Shown piece after piece: positions 37,815 through 46,711 of a DNA stretch of 64,000 nt (position 1 is the first letter of the stretch; every line of letters starts with the position of its first letter). The DNA comes from Cyanophora paradoxa CCMP329. Taxonomy: Eukaryota > Plantae > Glaucophyta. The stretch covers positions 1 to 64,000 of the forward strand of contig QPMI01000641.1 of the NCBI GenBank assembly GCA_004431415.1, read 5' to 3'. The notes under the pieces are model-generated. The model ran no database searches. It worked only from the letters and a program-made list of their open reading frames with translations, and was not told the DNA's origin. The position numbers and the translations under genes were made by a program.

Positions 37815-40800
37815 ATGAGTATCACGAATCTCCCCTTTATCACTCGGGAAACCTTGTATTTGGATGACGGTTTCGAGCTCAGCAGTAACATTACCGCTTC
37901 CAATGTGACCATATCTTCGAACCTTGTGGTAAAAGACTTTCTATTAAATCAGAGTAACCTTGAATATATTGATATCACCAGCAATCTCCCTTTTACCTAT
38001 GGCACTGATAACTCAGCCCTCGTAATATATCATGGGGGCTCACCTGTTGCATTCTTTGGCAGCAATTTCCCCGCAGTGCGAACCTTTCAGCACGAAATCA
38101 ATAAAGCCCGCCCCATCCCACTGACAGCTGTCGTCGAATGGGATCCTGTTAAATATTCGCAGAGAATCACAAGCAATATCACCCTCACTCGACCGCATTT
38201 AATTGATGTCATGGGGGTCGACCTTGTAAAGGAGTTTTATAGCGAACGATTTACCAGAAACGAGCGAGATGTAGCCCAGGATCTCGAAATCTCGGGTTTA
38301 TCAATTGCTACCGCAGCAAACACGGCAGGGCTCGCTGTTTTAACAGGTGCAATCACCATCACTGATGCGATCATGTATTTATCCCGCGATTTGGTGCCTT
38401 TGCTCGATCATCAATTTAATCTCGGGCAATCTAACACTGATGCTGTTAAGAAATGGCTGAATGTGTATGCCTATGATGGGTGGTTTGATGACTTGCACAC
38501 GACTAACCTTTATAGCACGACCTCAAAAACAAGTAACATAATCTTGCCTTTCAATCACTCACTCCGACCTAATCAGATTCTTACCAATGATAATGCACTG
38601 ATCAGCTACACCGACTATAATAGTAACCTTTCCCGCTCGGTTTCGCAAACTGAGACCTACACTGTCGAGGGATACCCTCAGCAGCTCGCAAATGGGGTCT
38701 ATGTCGCTTACGTAGGCAAACCTACATATACATTCACTTGGGATCAGTTGGGTGTCACAGGTTTCGAGACGAATATACCCACTGTTTCATTGGTGGATCA
38801 CACTACTTATTATAATCCTATCTATAACAATAATGAATCTAATAAAGCATTTATCCAAAATGTCACCTCCACAGGGTTTCAGGTTTCGTTTGTCATTAAC
38901 GAGACATACAATTTACTTATCATCCGAAACAACTCATTGAGTTCCGAAGCTACTATTAGTTTCACTCTTAACATCAATTATATCACCCCTGAATTCGATA
39001 GCAAACCCAGAGTGAAGGTTTACCGAGATTTACAAGGTAGCAATATCGTGCCCTTCTCACAGAATTTCGATCTTGGGGCGAATTCTTTAAGGTGGAACAC
39101 AGTTTATACTTTGAGTGCAAACACCTGTAATATTGTGGTCGCAGGATCATCGGCTACTATTGGAGAATTGACCGCCCCTTTTAGAAAGGAGTTTCTCAAA
39201 GAACTGTATATAACGAAGTCTGATTTACCAGATGCTATTTCGTTGGTGCTCTCCCCAACTCCCAGTATATCCTATCACAATGTGAAAGACACCAGTAATG
39301 TAGTGCAGAGGGGAAGCAAAGTATTCCAGGCATCCGAGATATCAGCAACAACATATAGATACCTTGCAGCGGTTCCAGCGAATTTTAATTTCACATTTGA
39401 GACACCATTTGTTTCCCCTCCTACTATTGAAATAACTGACACGAATTTGTATGTGATCAATAATGGGTCGACCACCTCTATTAACAATGCACCAGCCGGC
39501 TACTCCCATTTGTTGCAACTAACATAACAACCACCGGCTTCACACTTGTCGGAAATGCAACAGTGACATATGCTCTTACAGCATATCCTGTTGGGTTGTA
39601 TTTTGCGAAATTTAATCTTTCAGCGATCCCACCTGTGTCCCTTTCTCCTCCCTTTACTATCAATTGGAAGGCAACAGGAACTATTCCGCGATTTGACCCC
39701 GAAGACCGCTTGAAAATAAGGTATCCTCTCGATGTGACCGACCTCCATACTACGAGAATAAATGGGCAGAATTTCGTATTTAATGGAACCAATGCGACTC
39801 TGATCAATAACAGTGTCACAAATAATTACTTTTTCGATTCTCGATATATTAATACTTGCAATATTGTCATACAAAACAAGATCCGTGCTCCTGCGGAGCA
39901 CTAAGTACGGCGAAGCCTCGCGGACGCCCTCGCGGTTGTCACAGTAGGCCTATAGGGCACTCAGCGACTGGCCAGCGGCCTGGCCGATCGCGAACAGGTT
40001 TCTGGCTGGAAGCTGGCTGGCTGACGGCCAGTCCAGCTACCGCTGGCCGGCTAGAGGAATATAACTAGAGGAATATTAATGTACTGAGGAAATAAAGGGA
40101 GGCCGGAGCAGGTTGAGATTAGAGGAGATGAATTATATATAATATTGTTGAGAGGGAGGCCCGGGAGGGGCAAGGTTCTCGCGGCCAGGCGCATGCACAG
40201 AGCTTGCGAATCGCTTAAACAGAATCTTGAATGCATATAGCTATAGCATCGATGTGCGGGGCTGCGGAGCTCGAGGCGAGGGCGCGCGGAAAGATGTGCA
40301 GGTCCATGCAGGATCGAATTTTCGGGTCGGCTGGGTCCTCGCGGCCCGTCGCATACGCAAAGCGTGCGGAAGACTTTGCCTACATCTTAAATGCTTATGC
40401 TATCGTTCCGCGCATGCGCCGCGGCGTGGGCGCGCGGAAAGATGTCAGGGCGCGTGCAGGATCGAATTTTGGCCGTCGGGTACCTTCCTGCGCTGTTCCG
40501 GCTCCGAAAAGCGGATTTCGGGGGTGCGCAGGCCCTGCTATGTCCATGCGCGCCAGTACGCATCGATTGCGCGCGTCGCGGGACCGGGCGGGACCGGCTA
40601 GCGCTGGATCAAATTTTCGGCCGACTCTTCGCACTGGAGCGTCGACGGCGCTTGAAATCGAGCTTGCGGCGATGCGCTCGCCCTCGCGCGGCATTCTGTA
40701 TCGTTCTGGGGCGTCCCTGGCGCGATTTCGTCGCGGGACCGGGCGGGACCGGGTCCCACCTTCTGACTCGGACTGCATTTGTCGGAGGTTAAGTACCGGA

Positions 40801-42344
40801 ATTGATCCAGAGGGAAATTCGATTTTCGCGCGACGCCCACGGGCGAGCGGTCGTCTTAGGGGAGCCACGACGCTAAAAATGGATCTAGAGAGGTCTGTGG
40901 GGGTTAGGGTAGCTGAGTCATTAGCGGCAATCGCGTCCGTGTCGAGGCAGAATTAATAATTCGTCCTCGAGGGAGTGCGACGCGGAAATTATTTAGCAGG
41001 GGGGATCTTGAGTGGAAAAAAAGGTTAAAAAAGGAATTTATATCGGCGGTTTTTGGGTTTGAGAAAGAGGCTTCGCCTGACACGTTTGAAAATCGCACTA
41101 AGACCTTAACAGTCACCTTGCCCACTCACTCGAATGTCTCAGATGGATTTCACTATTATCTTTTCAATCGTAATTACACCTCATATATTCCATATCCTTC
41201 TGAGACTGTCAACATGAGCTATCCCAGAGTCACCCTAACATCGACCAATGCTGACTTCTTTGGATCCACGGACTTTATGACCTTCTTTGCTTTCACATCC
41301 TCTACTGATGGGCTCTTAGTTTATTACACTTTCAGGTATGATGCTGTTTGGACTCAGCTTGACAGCCACCCAAATACAGATGTCATCGAAGTGGGCGATA
41401 AGAAATACATAAAAACCGCTTCTCCATGGGTGTGCACTGTCCGGCTCGATGACAGATACACTCCTAACCTTAATAACATTGGAATGCACACGACATGCAA
41501 TATTTATGTGCAGGGCGCGATTTCAGCTACCAAATATTTCGAGGGTGGGAACTGTGATGCAGCCCATAGGTTGCTATCGCGAAATGGGCTCTTTGAGTCA
41601 TTCAGTGGGACGGCTCTACCGCCCTTTATCAGGGACACAGTCTATGATACTACATGCAATATTTGGGTGTGCCGATCTGTGAGCAATCCGCCTGTGACAA
41701 AGGAATTATATAAATACCTGTCAGATACCTATGGTGCAATTACAGGGTCTTCAACAGGAAATCCAGCAACGGCTCCCATCGTGTTTGCAAATGCATACAC
41801 AGCGCCGACATCATTAGCAGGGTCGACAGAGCCGCCACCTAACGATCCCAATCCGAACCAGCCTAACCCAGATCCCGATTCAAAAGATCCCCCTACAACT
41901 GATCCAGATCCAAACACGACACCTAATAATCCCAGTAATCCTACTAATCCAGTTGGATCACCAGGAATGGATCCAGGGACGTTAGTGCTTCTAATTCTCT
42001 TGCCAATTCTCGGTGCCCTTGGACTTGTGCTTGCATACAAATTCCGAGCTTTATGTTGTGCTTGCATAGACAGAACCATTGCAGGTGCAGGTAATAAATA
42101 CTCAACACCAGAGCTTAATGTGACCCAAACAGCCGAAGGAGATGTGGGGTTAGAGGTGAGGTCAGCCGAGGGGCATGGTCTTAGTGTTGTGAGAACTGAT
42201 CAACCACCAGCAAGCAGGGCAGCACCCAAAAAATCACGAGCAGAACGAATGGCTGAATCAATAATAAAAGACAATGCAGACTTTATGTCGGAGATTGCAC
42301 AGCGGGAAGGACGAGTTTATGAGCATGTTCCGAATGTTATGTAG
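37815..42344 (+). pseudogene. Large (~1,100 aa reconstructed) fibre-like beta-rich protein with a C-terminal transmembrane helix; one -1 frameshift (~39505) and a 1.2-kb insertion
   Basis: ORFs 37815-39527, 39563-39904 and 41118-42344 share SN(I/L)/NTCNI motifs and F..PF...P.I / VTSTGF repeats. Removing 39880-41080 joins IVIQN-N-TFENRTKTLTVTLP in frame. A P/D/N-rich linker precedes LVLLILLPILGALGLVLAY. Confidence 0.75.
39880..41080 (-). mobile_element. Non-autonomous Helitron2/Helentron-like element (1,201 bp) nested in the virus
   Basis: GC-rich island; asymmetric 11-bp inverted repeats GGCGAAGCCTC (39909-39919) and GAGGCTTCGCC (41067-41077); minus-strand 5' end TCAGGC-GAA-GCCT forms a hairpin; 3' hairpin GTGCTCC-TGC-GGAGCAC (39885-39901); no TSD, TT target; removal restores the viral ORF. 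Confidence 0.75.
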
Positions 42345-42382
42345 CGATCCTAATTTTTGTAGTATGCCTTAATAGAGAAATA

Positions 42383-43846
42383 ATGACGGAACCCATAGTA
42401 GAAACGACAGTAAAGAATGCTGTATTGGATAATAAATTTTATATAACCCACGCCAATATACCCAGTGAATCCAATGACCTAATTGTTGATCTAAAAGGTT
42501 ATGTGATGGGAGCTATGGCTTCTAACCTATGGAATGACCTTTTCGGTTACGAGTTTGGTCACATCTATGACATTGCAAATGGGATCGGCTATGTGGATGC
42601 AATGGCAGGCACAGCCTTTCGAAATCTAAATTGCAACTGTGTGGGTGGGTGGATGTTTCAGATCTGTTCAAATGTCGATCCTACTATTGATCCCGCCACG
42701 ATTACTTTTGATTGCAATCTGTATGCCCCCAAAACCATTTTTTCTATCACTTGCAATCTCGTTAATTCGGATGTGCCCATAGTAGCACCTGTAATAGGTG
42801 CATCAAATATGTATATCCAAAGAAATCCGGTCGTGCATACAGGTGCCGAATTTATATTGGGCGACAACACCCCAATTAGTCGACTCGAATTGCCCACGAA
42901 TTTCACCTTTAATCTCGTGGATGAGTTCCCTAACAGTCAAAGTCTTATGTATTTCACCTCTGAAAATCGCCTTTCGGGTGCATTCTCACCCATTGAGCTG
43001 TCTATACCGAAGCAAAAGGTGAGCTATAAAGAGCTTACAGATGTGCCGGCGGGATTTAGTGGGAAGTGGAGTGATATCATTCAGAAGCCGACTTGGAGTA
43101 GTGTAGCATACACAGGAAATTACTATGATCTTGTAAATCCTCCCGATTTCACAAGCTATATACCTCGTTGGATTGATCAAGGTGTAATTATATCAGAATC
43201 TACACTTCCTTTCAATGGGACATGGGATAGGTTATTTACTAAGCCGAATTTGCATGCTGTTGCCACAAGTGGTGACTACAACGATTTAACTAACACCCCC
43301 AATGCACCGACCTTGCATGCTGTGGCTACAAGTGGGAGCTATACAGATTTAGTTAATACACCTAACCTCCACGCTGTGGCTACAAGTGGAAATTATGATG
43401 ATCTGATTAACACACCTACTTCGCCACCCACTCACAATCACAGCATAGAGTTGCTCACGAATTTCGGTAGTTATGTGAATCCAAATGCATATGTGCAACA
43501 AGGGACAGCGAATGTAGTTTTGGAAAATAGAATATACAATGCAGGAGAGACCTTTCAGTTATCGGGAACGGTCGTATTCTCTACCCCATTTTATAGTGAT
43601 GCAGTGATTACTACCTCTATCGAGAATAGCTACAACTCTGTAAATTGGGAAATGACCAACTGTGTGTATATCGGACCTGAGTATGTTAATAATGAGAGAG
43701 TAGGACTAAAAACTAAGTTTACATGGATCGTTAGATTCACAGCTTTCGCATCGACTAATTTCACAAATGTCACAGCAGCAAATCGCACCCTTAAACTCCA
43801 TTGGATTGCTGTCGGACCTCTCCAAAACAATAATATTCTCACTTAA
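42383..43846 (+). CDS. Fibre/tail-like protein with LHAVATSG.Y.DL.N.P repeats
   Basis: Three LHAVATSG(D/S/N)Y.DL.NTP repeats plus degenerate copies; C-terminal beta domain (VVFSTPF...LHWIAVG). Confidence 0.8.
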   Translation: MTEPIVETTVKNAVLDNKFYITHANIPSESNDLIVDLKGYVMGAMASNLWNDLFGYEFGHIYDIANGIGYVDAMAGTAFRNLNCNCVGGWMFQICSNVDPTIDPATITFDCNLYAPKTIFSITCNLVNSDVPIVAPVIGASNMYIQRNPVVHTGAEFILGDNTPISRLELPTNFTFNLVDEFPNSQSLMYFTSENRLSGAFSPIELSIPKQKVSYKELTDVPAGFSGKWSDIIQKPTWSSVAYTGNYYDLVNPPDFTSYIPRWIDQGVIISESTLPFNGTWDRLFTKPNLHAVATSGDYNDLTNTPNAPTLHAVATSGSYTDLVNTPNLHAVATSGNYDDLINTPTSPPTHNHSIELLTNFGSYVNPNAYVQQGTANVVLENRIYNAGETFQLSGTVVFSTPFYSDAVITTSIENSYNSVNWEMTNCVYIGPEYVNNERVGLKTKFTWIVRFTAFASTNFTNVTAANRTLKLHWIAVGPLQNNNILT

Positions 43847-43867
43847 TAAGTAAAGAACAATCAAAAG

Positions 43868-44899
43868 ATGTCGACTGTGTTTACCCCTGTGTTTTCTTTG
43901 AGTGCAAGTGCTGTCCATAATGTGCAACACACAGTCTATGATTTATCTCCGAGCCACCCTTCGACTGAGACAGCGAAAACCGATTCTTTTAATGACCAAA
44001 GCATACTCAGAGTCAAAGAACTCAGAGCTGACAAGATTGATGGACTCGTTAAAGCTACTCAAATAATCGTATCTAATCGACCCGCAATCTCTTCGGGGCT
44101 GGTCACCAAAGAAAATCTATATGAAGGTCAACAGGATTCCAAAACGGCTTTTAATCCGGCTGATAGGAATTCGGCGGCTTTTCAAGTTTACAGTGGTGGG
44201 GCATGGATTGGGACTGGACTTGGAGTGAATGGGACAGTGACAGCTACCAATTATTCAGGGGCTGTGAGTGGAACCACTGGTGGATTTACAGGGCTCCTTA
44301 CAGCGAATGGTGGTGTTAAAACGAATTCTATTGATACTGTGGGTGCAAGTGATAATTTTGTGATCAAGAGAGGTGGGGCGAATATTGCTTCTACCTTCGC
44401 ACTAAGTTTCACAAAGAACAGCACTCAGTATAACTACAACGGATTCAGTGTAAATGGAACGAGTTCTTATTTAGCCACCCCAAATCATCCCCGTTTCTGT
44501 TGTGGGCTCACTGCTGATGGAAGTGCTCCAAATTACCTTACTGCATTTACAAATGTGTTTTTGAATAATGGTAACCATTACAATTCCACAACTGGAATTT
44601 TTACAGCACCTGTTCCGGGGCATTACAGAATAACGTTCACAGGTTTGACAACAGAAAATACAGCGGATACTGTAATCCAATTGAAAGTGAATAATGCCGA
44701 TTGGGGAAATCAAATAGCTATTCAAGCATACTCAGATGCAATTGGAGCTCTTTCAGTGGCTCGGCAATTCGGTTTTTCAGTTATACTTCCGCTTGCAGGA
44801 TATGATACTATAAGGCTTTATCTAAGTTTTGGGTCGGTTTTTGGATCAGCTGTGTATTCGAATTGTATGTGGACAGGTGAATTAATTTCTGCAACATAA
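43868..44899 (+). CDS. Fibre protein with a C-terminal C1q/TNF-like domain
   Basis: HPRF...F.NV.LNNGNHYNSTTGIFTAPVPGHYRITF...L.GYDTIRL..W.G.LI, the C1q signature. Confidence 0.85.
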   Translation: MSTVFTPVFSLSASAVHNVQHTVYDLSPSHPSTETAKTDSFNDQSILRVKELRADKIDGLVKATQIIVSNRPAISSGLVTKENLYEGQQDSKTAFNPADRNSAAFQVYSGGAWIGTGLGVNGTVTATNYSGAVSGTTGGFTGLLTANGGVKTNSIDTVGASDNFVIKRGGANIASTFALSFTKNSTQYNYNGFSVNGTSSYLATPNHPRFCCGLTADGSAPNYLTAFTNVFLNNGNHYNSTTGIFTAPVPGHYRITFTGLTTENTADTVIQLKVNNADWGNQIAIQAYSDAIGALSVARQFGFSVILPLAGYDTIRLYLSFGSVFGSAVYSNCMWTGELISAT

Positions 44900-44908
44900 A
44901 GTAATAGA

Positions 44909-45172
44909 ATGTCGAACATCTATCAAGTCGTTCTTACTGATACTGAAAAACTCGGAATGGAATACTGTGCCTACTCTGTTCAGGATTGGATCGATAATGC
45001 GGCTCATAATAGGGCGAGAATCGCGATTGATGAGATTGTGGACAAAGAAGTTAAATCGTGTATTGCCGCTGGAATTCCGATTCCACTCACAAAGGAAGCG
45101 ATTGTAGAGCAAGCGTTTGCAAGGGGGACTGTTCGAAAGGCAAGCGAAATTCCTGTGAGTGCTTCTATGTAA
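44909..45172 (+). CDS. Small phage-like protein typically found next to C1q tail fibres
   Basis: LTDTE..GMEY.A..VQDWIDNA..NRARIAIDEIV resembles small ORFs of marine tailed phages (recalled pattern, not searched). Confidence 0.65.
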   Translation: MSNIYQVVLTDTEKLGMEYCAYSVQDWIDNAAHNRARIAIDEIVDKEVKSCIAAGIPIPLTKEAIVEQAFARGTVRKASEIPVSASM

Positions 45173-45232
45173 AGAATTCGAAGAATGAGAGATGGGTTTA
45201 TTGTTATTTTTCATAGATCATGCATAAGAAAG

Positions 45233-46711
45233 GCATGTATCTTGCATAGTGGGCGGGGCGCACTTATCCCCTTCGTATCCACTTCGTATCCACTTCATAT
45301 CCACTTTGTGTTCACTAAATTATATCGCACTGATTCAGTTTGCATTTTGCCCCCACCCTACACCCCACCCTATACTACAATCTCGTTATTTCTATACATA
45401 TTTACTATCTAATTTAATAGAGTTTATACATTGAAATAAGTGAGGTGTATCGATAAGTAATACAGGGTGGGGAGGGTGGGGTTGGGTGGGGTCTTTTTTG
45501 CCCAAAAATATTTGACCCCCCAAAAATTTAAGGGATTCAAAAAAATGCCCCACCTCACCCCACTTACCCCACCCTATCGAAGTCCGCACGATATCATAGT
45601 AGGCTACATCGGGATTGCGATCATATCACAGTGTATACAGTGAGGGTGGTGCCCCCACTTTCTCACCCCACCCTATCGATTCGCGATTCAGGGATCGCGA
45701 AATATACAGCACATGATACTTGTTTTTCTTAGTGATCGCGCCGTTCTAATACGATCTGAATATATCATATCTCGTCGGTATCACGTCGGTATCACGTCGG
45801 TTCAATATCGTAATTGTTAATTCGTTGGCAGATACCACCTTCACACCCCACCCTCACACCCCACCCGGTATTAATTTAACATACATAATCTCTATACTTT
45901 ATACATTAATTACATTGAAATCAATCATAAATATAATAAAAGATACAGGGTGGGGTAAGTGGGGTTGGGTGGGGTCTTTTTTGACCAAGAATTTTTGAGG
46001 GGGAATTATTTTAGGGAATTCAAAAAAATGCCCCACCTCACCCCACCCGCCCCACCCTATCGAAGTTATCGAAGTCCGATAAGTATCAAACCGGAAGTAA
46101 AAATAACACATCATGATTTTATGTGTGCCATCTTAGATTGGACTACCATACCGATACCACTCACACCCCACCCTCACACCCCATCCAGTATTAATTTAAC
46201 ATACTCAATCATACATATTTATATTTAAATTACATTGAAATCAATCATAGATAAAGAGAATAATACAGGGTGGGGTAAGTGGGGTTGGGTGGGGTCTTTT
46301 TTGACCAAGAATTTTTGGGAGTGAAACATTTTAGGGAATTCAAAAAAATGCCCCACCTCACCCCACCCGCCCCACCCTATCGAAGCTACGTAGGTGATAC
46401 ACATGACTATATGAGGCGCGTCCCAAGCAGCACATTGTAGTTGTTTTAGATACACATCGCGCATCGTAAACACATATCGGCTATATCGCGATTACATATT
46501 ATATATACATATTTTTCAAAGATTCCACGATACTTATATTATTTTTATTGATTCATTTACGAACTACCGATAGAATACATATCACATATCGATATACACT
46601 ATGATAAAAATGCTAATATCTTTATATAACTTATAGTAACACACATATAAAAACAAATATTATTATCCTGAGCGGAACGCGAGGGATAATAATATTTGTT
46701 TTTATATGTGT
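45233..46711 (-). repeat. Right terminal inverted repeat (1479 bp), including the terminal hairpin at ~46641-46711
   Basis: Reverse complement of 20574-22048. Confidence 0.95.

Larger units (their letters stand above)
20574..46711. mobile_element. Endogenous Polinton-like virus (Maverick/Polinton/PLV), 26,138 bp
   Basis: Abrupt GC-rich to AT-rich switch at both ends; 6-bp TSD GCGGCG at 20568-20573 and 46712-46717; termini 5'-ACAC...GTGT-3'; ~1.48-kb TIRs; intronless dense ORFs for pPolB, primase-helicase, packaging ATPase, MCP and pentons. Removing the element plus one TSD restores the host frame GNTGTEGGG-AVAVGGAGDAAGTVSFNGCIFS. Confidence 0.96.

Noticed and set aside
37090-39510. Programmed -1 frameshifting in penton 2 (twice) and in the large fibre gene
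   Set aside because: No canonical slippery heptamer was seen. All three shifts are one missing base near short homopolymers, and the two TIRs also differ only by single homopolymer bases, so long-read indel errors or simple decay are more likely.
40227-40956. 241-aa and overlapping ORFs inside the Helitron2-like insert
   Set aside because: No Rep/helicase or RuvC motifs; Arg/Ala-rich chance ORFs over internal repeats.
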